DNA of 40,702 nucleotides. Source: a virus (Duplodnaviria; Caudoviricetes). Positions 25,598-34,489 of this stretch are shown piece by piece. The translations under genes and the position numbers were made by a program. How positions within the stretch are numbered: position 1 is the stretch's first letter; each line of letters opens with the position of its first letter. The stretch lies in IMG/VR virus record IMGVR_UViG_3300017644_000058, positions 1-40,702 of that record; one strand, written 5' to 3'. A model generated the notes under the pieces. That model did not search any database and had not been told where the DNA came from. It saw only the letters and a list, made by a program, of their open reading frames with translations.

Positions 25598-28500
25598 ATG
25601 GCAGCTCTTATTCTCACCGTCGGGGCGGCGGCCCTGACAGAAGGCGCAGCCGCTTGGGTCGTAACCGCCGCGACGGCCGCGGCGGCGGTCGCCGGAAGCT
25701 ACATCGATGCGCAGCTTTTCGGTCCCGGTCCGCAGAAGCAGGAAGGCCCGCGCCTCGACAATCTGCAAGTCCAGGCTTCGACCGAAGGCGCGCCGATTCC
25801 GGAGATCGCCGGCCGCGTGCGTATCGCCGGACAGATCATCTGGGCGACCAAGTTCAAGGAGGTGGCCAAGACCGAAACGAGCGGCGGTGGCGGTGGAAAG
25901 GGTTTCGGCGGCGGCGGAGGAACGGTCCAGACGACCACTTACACCTATTATGCGAATTTTGCGGTGGGGCTTTGCGAAGGTGTGATCGATCGCGTCGGCC
26001 GCATCTGGGCGGACGGCAAGCCTCTCGATATGAGCGGCGTCACCATGCGCTTGCATCGGGGCACCGCCGATCAAGCGCCGGACTCGCTCATTGAAGGCAT
26101 CGAGGGAAGCGCCAACGCGCCAGCTTATCGTGGCACGGCTTACGTGGTCTTCGACAACCTTCAGATCACCCAATTTGGCAATCGGCTGCCGCAGCTGACG
26201 TTCGAGGTGTTCCGGCGCGTGTCGCGGTCCGACGGCTCGGGGCTTGAGGACATCGTTCAGGCGATCACGCTCATTCCGGGCGCCGGCGAGCGGGTCTATG
26301 ACACGGTGGTGTCCACCCGCGATCTCAGCGGCGGCGCCACCACGCCGGAGAACAAGTTTGCGGGCCAGGCGACGGCGGATTGGACCGTTGCGCTCGACGA
26401 TCTCGAAGCCTCGCTTCCGAATGCCGGGACGGTTCTCCTGGTCGTGGGCTGGTTCGGCGACGATCTTCGGGCCGGCCAATGCACGGTCCGCCCGAAAGTC
26501 GAAGTTGCGGACAAAAGCACGACGCCGAATGCCTGGCAGGTTCATACGCTCAGCCGCGCCGCTGCTGCGGTGGTGAGCACCGTCAATGGACGGCCCGCCT
26601 ATGGCGGCACACCCTCCGACGATTCCGTTGTGCGCGCCGTCCGCGACCTCAAGGCGCGCGGCTTCTCGGTCGTCTTCTATCCCTTCGTGTTCATGGACAT
26701 CGCGCAGGGCAACAGCCTGCCCGATCCTTGGACCGGAAGCACTGGCCAGCCGGTCTATCCCTGGCGCGGGCGCATCACCTGCGATCCCGCGCCGGGACGG
26801 CCCGGCACGGCGGACAAGACCGCGGCTGCCGGCACTCAGGTTGCCGCGTTCTTCGGTTCGGCAGCGCCGGGCGACATCTCCGTTTCGGTGAACGGCAGCA
26901 CGGGCGCGGTGTTCACCGGCTATTCCGGTCCGAACGAATGGAGCTTCCGGCGTTTCATTCTGCACTACGCCAAGCTCTGTGCGGCGATCAACGCCGTCGA
27001 TCCCGGCGCGGTGGACGGATTCTTGATCGGTTCGGAGTTGAGAGCGCTCACGACCGTCCGCGACAGCGCCACGACTTTCCCGGCGGTTGCGAAAATGAAA
27101 ACGCTGGCCGCGGATGTGAAGGGCATTCTGGGCGCCGGCGTGAAGGTCGGCTACGCGGCCGATTGGTCCGAATACAACAATTACAATCCGGGCGACGGCA
27201 CCGGCGACCTCTTCTTTCACCTCGACCCGCTCTGGGCCGACGGCAATATCGATTTCGTCGGCGTCGATCTTTATGTGCCGCTCTCGGACTGGCGTGACGG
27301 CAATGCGCATCTCGATGCGCTCGCGGGCGCCGCCTCGATCTACGATCTCGATTATCTGCGCAGTAAGGTCGAAGGCGGCGAGGATTACGATTGGTTCTAC
27401 GCCGACGCCGATGCACGCGACGTACAGGACCGATCCGCGATCACCGATGGCGCCTACGGCAAGCCCTGGGTCTATCGCGCCAAGGATTTTCGCGGCTGGT
27501 GGCTTAATCAACACTTCGATCGGCCGGGCGGCATCGAGAGCGGCACGCCGACCGCGTGGACGCCGCAAGGCAAGCCGATCTGGTTCACGGAGTTCGGCAT
27601 CCCCTCGGTGGACAAAGGCACGAACCAGCCGAATGTCTTTTACGATCCGAAGTCCTCAGAGAGCGAACTGCCTTACTATTCGCGAGGCACGCGAGACGAT
27701 CTGATCCAGCGCCGCGGCATCGAGGCGATGCTCTCCTATTGGGGCGCGAACAACCCGGTGTCGTCGGTCTATGGCGGCCCGATGGTCGGATTGCTTGCCG
27801 TATGGACTTGGGACGCGCGCCCTTATCCGGCCTGGCCATCGCGGACCGATGCCTGGGGCGACGGCGATCTTTGGCCGCTGGGGCATTGGCTGAACGGCAA
27901 GATCGGTCTCGCCGATCTCGCCGCGCTCGTTGCCGAACGCTGCGAGCGCGTCGCCTTCACGCAATATGACGTGACCGCGCTCGCCGGAATCGTCGTCGGC
28001 TATGTGCGCGATCGGCCGATGTCGCCGCGCGCTGAGATCGAACTGCTGATGAACGCCTACGCGTTCGATGCAGTAGAAAGCGAAGGCGCGATCCGCTTCC
28101 TGCCGCGCGGCCGTGCGGCAGTGGCCAGTATCGGGCCTGACGATTGCGTCATGTCCGAGCAGGGCGACATCGTGAAGCTCACGCGGGCGCAAGAAACCGA
28201 CCTGCCCGATGTTGTGTCGGTGACCTTCATCGATGGAGCAAAGGATTATCAATCGGGAACGGTCGCCGCGAGCCGGATCGCCGGGTTCTCCGAGCGCAAG
28301 ACCGATGTGACCGTCCCGCTCGTCATGGATGAGATTCAGGCGCAGGCCATCGCCGACCGCGCGCTTGCCGAGGCCTGGATCGGGCGGGAAAGCGCAAAGC
28401 ATGCACTGCCGCCCGATCGGATCGCGCTCGACGCCGGCGATGTAGTCAACCTCGTGATTGATGGCAGCGCACGCGAGTTTCGCCTCACCCGCATCAATGA

Positions 28501-29536
28501 TGCCTGGTCGCGCTCGATCGAGGCGCAGCGATGCGAGGGCGCGGTCTATGCGCCGCCGCTTCCGGGATTGAAGCCGCCCGTTTTCGAACCGCCGCCGGTC
28601 TATGGTCGCGCGATCCTCGAGTTCCTCGACCTGCCGATGCTGCGCGATGCCGATCTCGGTTACGCGCCCTATGTCGGCGCGTCTGCGACGCCGTTCGCCG
28701 GCGTCACGCTGATGGACAGCGCCACGGGCACGAACTACGCGATCGACACGCTTCTGCCGATCCGCGCGACCATCGGCGAGACAGTCTTCGATTTCTGGTC
28801 CGGGCCGACAGCGTATTTCGATATCGTCAACACGCTGCGCGTGAGGCTCTATTCGGGCGAACTCGCGAGCCTCGACGACGCAACGATCCTCTCGGGAGGC
28901 GCCAATGCCCTCGCGATCCGCAACGCCGAGGGCGATTGGGAAATTCTGCAATTTGCCACTGCGACGCTCGTCGATGCCGGCGTCTACGACCTCACGAACC
29001 TGTTGCGAGGCCGGCTTGGGACCGAACACGCCATGCGCTCGCCGATCGCGGCCGGCGCGCGCGTCGTGATCTTGGACGGCTCTATTGCGCAGATCGACGC
29101 AGCGCTGTCGGAGCGGGGCGTTCAACGCTTCTACAAGTGGGGGCCATCGAGCCTCGATCCGTCCGATATTGCCTGGCAGCAGGGAACGTTTACGGCCCGC
29201 TGCGTCGGGCTGATGCCATGGTCGCCCGTGCACGTCACCGGGATTCGCAACGGCGCAGGCGACCTCTCGATCACATGGGTTCGGCGCACGCGCTTCGGCG
29301 GCGCATGGGCGGATGGCGCCGACGTGCCGCTCCATGAAGAAAGCGAGCGCTACGAGCTCGATATCCTCAACGGCGCGAACGTCGTCCGCACCATGACGGC
29401 GACTTCGCCGACGGTGACGTATACCGCTGCGGAGCAGACCGCCGACTTCGGATCGCCCCAGCCCGCAGTTGCCGTGAAGGTCTATCAGATCTCCGCCACG
29501 GTCGGCCGCGGCTGGCCGAGCGCAGCCACGCTCTGA
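25598..29536 (+). CDS. GTA-like multidomain baseplate/host-specificity protein (megatron type, TIM-barrel domain)
   Basis: EGPRL..LQVQASTEGAPIP, APAYRGTAYVVF, FGNRLPQLTFEV, YAADWSEY, KPIWFTEFG..VDKGTNQPNVF, WTWDARPYP, LLRGRLGTE. Confidence 0.92.
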   Translation: MAALILTVGAAALTEGAAAWVVTAATAAAAVAGSYIDAQLFGPGPQKQEGPRLDNLQVQASTEGAPIPEIAGRVRIAGQIIWATKFKEVAKTETSGGGGGKGFGGGGGTVQTTTYTYYANFAVGLCEGVIDRVGRIWADGKPLDMSGVTMRLHRGTADQAPDSLIEGIEGSANAPAYRGTAYVVFDNLQITQFGNRLPQLTFEVFRRVSRSDGSGLEDIVQAITLIPGAGERVYDTVVSTRDLSGGATTPENKFAGQATADWTVALDDLEASLPNAGTVLLVVGWFGDDLRAGQCTVRPKVEVADKSTTPNAWQVHTLSRAAAAVVSTVNGRPAYGGTPSDDSVVRAVRDLKARGFSVVFYPFVFMDIAQGNSLPDPWTGSTGQPVYPWRGRITCDPAPGRPGTADKTAAAGTQVAAFFGSAAPGDISVSVNGSTGAVFTGYSGPNEWSFRRFILHYAKLCAAINAVDPGAVDGFLIGSELRALTTVRDSATTFPAVAKMKTLAADVKGILGAGVKVGYAADWSEYNNYNPGDGTGDLFFHLDPLWADGNIDFVGVDLYVPLSDWRDGNAHLDALAGAASIYDLDYLRSKVEGGEDYDWFYADADARDVQDRSAITDGAYGKPWVYRAKDFRGWWLNQHFDRPGGIESGTPTAWTPQGKPIWFTEFGIPSVDKGTNQPNVFYDPKSSESELPYYSRGTRDDLIQRRGIEAMLSYWGANNPVSSVYGGPMVGLLAVWTWDARPYPAWPSRTDAWGDGDLWPLGHWLNGKIGLADLAALVAERCERVAFTQYDVTALAGIVVGYVRDRPMSPRAEIELLMNAYAFDAVESEGAIRFLPRGRAAVASIGPDDCVMSEQGDIVKLTRAQETDLPDVVSVTFIDGAKDYQSGTVAASRIAGFSERKTDVTVPLVMDEIQAQAIADRALAEAWIGRESAKHALPPDRIALDAGDVVNLVIDGSAREFRLTRINDAWSRSIEAQRCEGAVYAPPLPGLKPPVFEPPPVYGRAILEFLDLPMLRDADLGYAPYVGASATPFAGVTLMDSATGTNYAIDTLLPIRATIGETVFDFWSGPTAYFDIVNTLRVRLYSGELASLDDATILSGGANALAIRNAEGDWEILQFATATLVDAGVYDLTNLLRGRLGTEHAMRSPIAAGARVVILDGSIAQIDAALSERGVQRFYKWGPSSLDPSDIAWQQGTFTARCVGLMPWSPVHVTGIRNGAGDLSITWVRRTRFGGAWADGADVPLHEESERYELDILNGANVVRTMTATSPTVTYTAAEQTADFGSPQPAVAVKVYQISATVGRGWPSAATL

Positions 29537-29567
29537 ATCGTCCCATTCAATCAAGGAAAGGAACGCG

Positions 29568-30635
29568 ATGCCGACACCGCGGCTCGCGCTGCCCTACATC
29601 GTGCAGGGGCAGGCGCAGAAGGAGGTCACGCACAACGACGCGCTCGTTCGCCTCGACGCGCTGGTCGATCTCTACATCCTCGATCGCGATCTCGCCGCGC
29701 CTCCCGGCTCGCCCTCCGATGGCGACGCCTACGTCGTGGCGGCAAGCCCGACCGGGGCATGGACCGGTCAAGCCGGCAACATCGCCTACTGCATCGACGG
29801 CGCCTGGCGCTTCTATGTGCCGGTGAAGGGCCTAATTGCCTACATCGCCGACGAGCAAAAGATGCTCGTCTTCACGGCAAGCGGCTGGGTCGATCTGGTT
29901 TCGGTTCTCGCCTTCCAGAATCTTTCGAAGCTCGGCATCCTTACGTCCGCCGACAATACAAACCGTCTCGCGGTCAAGTCCGACGCGGTTCTGCTCAGTC
30001 ATGACGACGTGACGCCGGGATCGGGCGATCTGCGGGTCACGCTGAACAAAAGCGCCGCCGCGAAGGACGCGGGCTTCGTCTTCCAGGACGGCTTCAGCAC
30101 CCGCGCACTGTTCGGGCTGCTTGGCGACGACAATTTCACCGTCAAGGTGACTCCGGACGGATCGACCTTCTACACCGGCCTGTCGATCGACAAAGCCACG
30201 GGCAAGGTCTCCTTCCCGGCCATGGCGAAGCTCTCCGCTTACATCAATTACGATCACTACGCGGCAACGACCTACGTCAACACGGACATCAATAACGAGG
30301 ATCTGGACACCGCGAACGCCTTTGCTTCCAACGTGTTCACGGCGCCCAGCACCGGACTTTACAAGGTGGGATATTCGCTCGGCTGGACCCAGAACGGCGC
30401 GAACGCGCCGACCTCCATGCACGGCCGGTTGCTCAAGAATGGCGCAACCGAGGTTCTGCCCGCCGCATCGCGAGCGTCCAACAATGCGGCCGATACCGGC
30501 AAGATCATCATCTGCACGCAAGGCATCATCTCGCTGACGGCCGGCGACACCCTTCGCTTGCAGCACAAGTTCTCGTCGCTGGACGGCTACGCCTCGGCGA
30601 ACATCACCCGCTTCTGGGTAGAGCAGATCACCTGA
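29568..30635 (+). CDS. DUF2793-type tail fibre/receptor-binding protein with a C1q-like C-terminal domain
   Basis: TPRLALPYI..QAQKEVTHNDAL..LD; C-terminal VFTAPSTGLY...LLKNG...ISLTAGDTLRL. Confidence 0.8.
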   Translation: MPTPRLALPYIVQGQAQKEVTHNDALVRLDALVDLYILDRDLAAPPGSPSDGDAYVVAASPTGAWTGQAGNIAYCIDGAWRFYVPVKGLIAYIADEQKMLVFTASGWVDLVSVLAFQNLSKLGILTSADNTNRLAVKSDAVLLSHDDVTPGSGDLRVTLNKSAAAKDAGFVFQDGFSTRALFGLLGDDNFTVKVTPDGSTFYTGLSIDKATGKVSFPAMAKLSAYINYDHYAATTYVNTDINNEDLDTANAFASNVFTAPSTGLYKVGYSLGWTQNGANAPTSMHGRLLKNGATEVLPAASRASNNAADTGKIIICTQGIISLTAGDTLRLQHKFSSLDGYASANITRFWVEQIT

Positions 30636-30687
30636 TCGCGGCCGGGTCGCGGCGGCACAAATTCAGCACACGCGAAAGGAGGCAGGC

Positions 30688-30951
30688 ATGGACCTGCAAT
30701 GGTGGATCACGGTCATCGGCGTTCCGCTGGTCGGCGCACTGTTCTGGCTGCGCTTTCATGATCGTGACGACGTGGACACAGCGCTGCGCGGCCTCAAGGA
30801 CGAGCTCGCAAACTACAAGCTTCTGGTCGCGACCAGCTTCGTCTCGGTCTCGTATCTCAAGGACGTGGAGGGCCGCATCATGGCCCACCTCGAGAAGATC
30901 GAGAAGAAGATCGACCGCGTGATCGAGCAGCGGCATCCGCCGGCCGATTAG
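30688..30951 (+). CDS. Small single-TM membrane protein (holin/antiholin-like)
   Basis: GGAGG SD; N-terminal TM WWITVIGVPLVGALFWL plus coiled coil; precedes the endolysin. Confidence 0.6.
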   Translation: MDLQWWITVIGVPLVGALFWLRFHDRDDVDTALRGLKDELANYKLLVATSFVSVSYLKDVEGRIMAHLEKIEKKIDRVIEQRHPPAD

Positions 30952-30980
30952 CGCGGCTCCCAAGTCCCGCCTTCCCACGA

Positions 30981-31011
30981 AAGCCCGCCATCCCGGCGGG
31001 CTTCGTCGTTT
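30981..31011 (+). terminator. Terminator-like hairpin before the endolysin
   Basis: AAGCCCGCC-ATCCC-GGCGGGCTT with a weak U tract. Confidence 0.4.
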
Positions 31012-31024
31012 CAGGAGATATCAC

Positions 31025-31555
31025 ATGCTGCCATCCCGGTATGGCTGGCTCGCGCGCGAGCCCGGCCCGAAGATGATCGTCGAGGCGCTTAAGCTCTACG
31101 GAACGCTGGAAACGCCGGGATCGGCGAACAACCCGACCATTATCGCCTGGGCGAAGGAGGTGGGCGGCGAAGTCGCGGATGCCTACAAGGCCGACACCAT
31201 TCCCTGGTGCGGCCTGTTCATGGCGGTGATCGCCAGGCGCGCCGGCAAGGAAATCCCGAAGCATCCGCTATGGGCGCTGTCGTGGTCGGCCTTCGGCGCG
31301 AAGGCACCGGCCGCATCGCTCGGCGATGTGCTGGTGTTCGTGCGCAATGGCGGCGGGCATGTTGGCCTCTATGTCGGCGAGGATGCCTCCGTCTTCCATG
31401 TGCTCGGCGGCAACCAGGCCGATCGCGTCTGCATCACGCGCGTGTCGAGGGGCCGCCTCTATGCCGCGCGCCGGCCGCTCTATCGCGTCCAGCCCTCCAA
31501 CGTTCGGCCCATCCACTTGGAATCGACCGGCGCGCTGTCGCTGAACGAGGCTTGA
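31025..31555 (+). CDS. Endolysin, TIGR02594-like (NlpC/P60/CHAP-type)
   Basis: G..ETPGSANNPTI, IPWCGLF (catalytic Cys), GGGHVGLY (His), VLGGNQ. Confidence 0.85.
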   Translation: MLPSRYGWLAREPGPKMIVEALKLYGTLETPGSANNPTIIAWAKEVGGEVADAYKADTIPWCGLFMAVIARRAGKEIPKHPLWALSWSAFGAKAPAASLGDVLVFVRNGGGHVGLYVGEDASVFHVLGGNQADRVCITRVSRGRLYAARRPLYRVQPSNVRPIHLESTGALSLNEA

Positions 31556-31558
31556 GCC

Positions 31559-31612
31559 TTTCCGCCCGTTTCCGCCGCTTTCCGCCTCGGTACCGAGGGC
31601 CGGCGCGTGATG
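31559..31612 (+). promoter_or_regulatory. Second copy of the phased TTTCCGCC x3 + 19 nt + CGTGATG element
   Basis: Repeats at 31559, 31569 and 31579; CGTGATG at 31606-31612. Confidence 0.6.
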
Positions 31613-31687
31613 TGCTCCGGCAACCGGTGACGCGGTGATCCCGTGCTCGGCCGGGTCTGTCGAGCAATCCGGACATCGAGGTGAACC

Positions 31688-31858
31688 ATGAACTGGGACA
31701 GCATTCAGCAACTCGTGCGCATCGTCGCATATGCCATCGGCGGCTATCTGCTTGGGGATGCGGTGGCCAATAGCGAGCAATTCCAGGCCGCCGTCGGCGG
31801 TCTGGTGAGCGTTGGGGCATTCGCCTGGTGGTTCTACTGGGAGCGGAAGCGCGCCTAA
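31688..31858 (+). CDS. Putative holin (56 aa, two hydrophobic segments)
   Basis: Below the ORF-track cutoff: MNWDSIQQLVRIVAYAIGGYLLGDAVANSEQFQAAVGGLVSVGAFAWWFYWERKRA; GAGGT SD; basic C-terminus. Confidence 0.7.
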   Translation: MNWDSIQQLVRIVAYAIGGYLLGDAVANSEQFQAAVGGLVSVGAFAWWFYWERKRA

Positions 31859-31875
31859 TTTGACGGAAGCAGAAA

Positions 31876-32103
31876 ATGAAATGGCTCGCGGCCCTGGCGG
31901 CGCTCGCTCAGATCGTTCTCGCCATCATTGAAATGGCGCGCGAACGGCAGGCGAAGGGCGCCGGCAGGGCCGAAGCCATTGCGGAGTCCGCCACCCATGC
32001 TCTCGATCTCATTCGTGCGGCGCGCGATGCGCGTCGCGCTGCTGCCGATGCCGCTGCTGATCCTTCCCGGCTGCGCGACGACGACGGCTTCCGTCGGGAC
32101 TAA
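31876..32103 (+). CDS. i-spanin (Rz-like)
   Basis: N-terminal TM, Ala-rich helix, C-terminal LRDDDGFRRD. Confidence 0.7.
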   Translation: MKWLAALAALAQIVLAIIEMARERQAKGAGRAEAIAESATHALDLIRAARDARRAAADAAADPSRLRDDDGFRRD

Positions 32104-32227
32104 TGCGGTCGCCTGCTCGGCCTTCGAGCCTGTCCGATGGTCGAAAAAGGACACCGACGTCACGATCCGGCAAGCCAAGGCGCACAACGCTGCGTGGGCT
32201 GCGCTGTGCGATCCGAGAAAGCGATGA
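31997..32227 (+). CDS. o-spanin (Rz1-like lipoprotein), overlapping the i-spanin in the +1 frame
   Basis: Signal peptide with lipobox LILPG-C; extra Cys residues (VAC...ALC); start 31997 or 32027. Confidence 0.75.
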   Translation: MLSISFVRRAMRVALLPMPLLILPGCATTTASVGTNAVACSAFEPVRWSKKDTDVTIRQAKAHNAAWAALCDPRKR

Positions 32228-32470
32228 CAGGTGAGGCAGCGGTTAGTCCGCATGGTCGCCGGCCTAAAGTCCTGCGAACCACCTATCTCAGTGACGACGG
32301 CTGGCCGGCTCTTTAGGACAATCGGGGCGCTGCATCGCAGCATCCGGATGCGGGCTCACGTTCCTTCCTTCCGACTGTCACCAAGTGTTGCCCCGACGCA
32401 GGGCTTCGGGCAAAAAGGGGAGTCTGGGATGCAGATGGGTTGCGGCAAACCAGCGGGGGGAGCTCGATTC

Positions 32471-34489
32471 TTGACCTCAATGAGGGGAGATATTGTCAAC
32501 CGCGTATCGCGGTTGCCGAAACCGACCCAAGCGGCTGAAGCTCTGCAGCCGCTCTTCGAGGCTGTGAGCAACTCGCTTCATGCGGTGGAAGACGCGTTCG
32601 GCGAAGCCAATCGCGATAAGGGTGCCATTTACGTGACGGTCGCGAGACCCGGAAATCCCTCCGAGGTCGAAATCATCGTGGCCGACAACGGTATTGGCCT
32701 TGAGCCGAAGCGCTTCGACGCGTTTTGCACAACAGACACTGACTACAAGATCGGCCGAGGGGGCAAGGGCGTCGGTCGGCTTCTCTGGCTCGACGCATTC
32801 TCCTCGATAAAGGTCGTCAGCAACTATCAAGAGGATGGGAAGTGTTTCAGACGCTCGTTTTCCTTCCGCCTGGAATCTACGGATCAGATCACTGATGAGT
32901 TAGTGAGCGAACAATCGCCGGACGGGTTCCGCCCCGGCACAACAGTGACGTTCACCGGACTGCGTGGCACCGCCTACCGGGCGAAATTTCCAAGCCAGCC
33001 TAAGACGATCGTTAAGCACTTCGGTTCACACTTCTTCGCCGATTTCATTCTCGGGCGATCGCCGAGAATTGTTGTTGATATTGATGGAGAGGCAACGAAT
33101 TTTCCCGAAGAAATTCAAAACTTGCGGATTGAGGACAGGGGGACAGCGGATTTCGAATCACCTGAGTTCGGCGCGCTGAGACTCGCGAGCTTCGTTTGCC
33201 ACAAGAGCGCCAGCGCAAACCTGGATGGCCTTCACCAAATGCACCTGGTCGCGAACGGCCGCACCGTGACCAGCCGAAAAATCGATGGTCTCCTGGGCAT
33301 CGGCCGCTTCGGCTCCGATGATGACCAAGTTTACCACGGATGCGTGACCGGTCAGTTCTTAGACGAACGAGTCAATCAAGAGAGGACGCAATTCAATTTC
33401 GACGAAAGCATTGTTGAGCAAATCGTCAGGGAATGTGCCGAACATGCGCGCACGAATGCGATTCACGAGGAAGTGGAGGAGTTCGACTCCCAGCGGCTCG
33501 GTACGATGCAGGATTTCATCAAGGAGTATCCATCCTTTGCATTTGAGGATGCCGAGCAACTCCTGAATCGGACGCCAAAGAATGCTGTGAAGGCTGAGCA
33601 ATTCGCCCAGGCGCTCATACCCATCCGTATACGAAGGGACAAAGAGCGGAACGAGACTGTCCAGCAGATTGTATCAAAACTTGAAACCGGTGAAGACGTC
33701 CCCGCCGACTTTGCCGATAGAGTTCGCAAGGCTGCTGACGAAATCCGAGCCGAGGAGCAGCGTCAGCTCACAGAATACGTTCTTCGCCGGAAAATCGTAC
33801 TCGATGTGATGGAAGTCCTGATCCGACGGATCAGGGAACGGACCGACGGCACGCAAGACCATCATCTTGAGAGCACGCTTCATCAGTTCATTTGCCCGAT
33901 GCGGGTCCGCGGAGATGATCCTTCCAAGGTCGAGCGCTCCGATCACGACCTCTGGATCATCGACGAGCGACTGACGTTCACAAAATATTTTGCTTCGGAC
34001 ATTCAGTTTTCCCAGTTCGTCTCCGGTGACGAGAGCACAAAGCGGTCAGACCTCTTCATCTTCGATCGCCTTCACGGTTTAGGATTTGAAGGCGACGAGC
34101 CTCTGAAGCGGGTCATGCTCGTCGAGTTCAAGCAGCCCGGTCGGCGCGACTATCCCGAGCGTTACTCGCCGATGAACCAGGTCAGTGAATACATTACCCG
34201 CCTCAAGAATGGGGAAATCGAAGACTTCCGCAACGCCCGTGTCCGCATCGCTGAAGATTGCGTCTTCTATTGCTACGTGGTGGCAGATATCGTCGGAAAG
34301 CTTGATGTGCACACGAGCGCCTGGCGGACAACCTCAAACGGACGCGGGCGCATCACGGAGTTGCAAGGTAAGTTTCGCGGCATCATTGAAGTAATTGAGT
34401 GGGCGGATTTGATCTCCGACGCTCGGCTGCGAAATCACGCGTTCGTCCATGCCGCCGGCTTACGATATGAGCGGCACATCCATGGCTAA
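32471..34489 (+). CDS. GHKL (MORC/MutL-like) ATPase fused to a PD-(D/E)XK-like nuclease; candidate defence gene
   Basis: FEAVSNSLHA, DNGIG, GGKGVGR, GTTVT; C-terminal DLWIIDERL, RSDLFIF...LVEFKQPG. Start TTG 32471 (GGGGGAG SD) or ATG 32480. Confidence 0.75.
   Translation: MTSMRGDIVNRVSRLPKPTQAAEALQPLFEAVSNSLHAVEDAFGEANRDKGAIYVTVARPGNPSEVEIIVADNGIGLEPKRFDAFCTTDTDYKIGRGGKGVGRLLWLDAFSSIKVVSNYQEDGKCFRRSFSFRLESTDQITDELVSEQSPDGFRPGTTVTFTGLRGTAYRAKFPSQPKTIVKHFGSHFFADFILGRSPRIVVDIDGEATNFPEEIQNLRIEDRGTADFESPEFGALRLASFVCHKSASANLDGLHQMHLVANGRTVTSRKIDGLLGIGRFGSDDDQVYHGCVTGQFLDERVNQERTQFNFDESIVEQIVRECAEHARTNAIHEEVEEFDSQRLGTMQDFIKEYPSFAFEDAEQLLNRTPKNAVKAEQFAQALIPIRIRRDKERNETVQQIVSKLETGEDVPADFADRVRKAADEIRAEEQRQLTEYVLRRKIVLDVMEVLIRRIRERTDGTQDHHLESTLHQFICPMRVRGDDPSKVERSDHDLWIIDERLTFTKYFASDIQFSQFVSGDESTKRSDLFIFDRLHGLGFEGDEPLKRVMLVEFKQPGRRDYPERYSPMNQVSEYITRLKNGEIEDFRNARVRIAEDCVFYCYVVADIVGKLDVHTSAWRTTSNGRGRITELQGKFRGIIEVIEWADLISDARLRNHAFVHAAGLRYERHIHG

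Noticed and set aside
23670-29536. Gene transfer agent cluster
   Set aside because: Replication, lysis, lambda-type head genes and a cos candidate indicate a phage, not a GTA.
25310-29554. 752-aa and 632-aa antisense ORFs
   Set aside because: Shadows of the baseplate gene.
32231-32470. Upstream extension of the GHKL ORF and short palindromes (e.g. GCATCCGGATGC)
   Set aside because: The extension is not protein-like and the SD supports 32471/32480; the palindromes are too short to call a feature.
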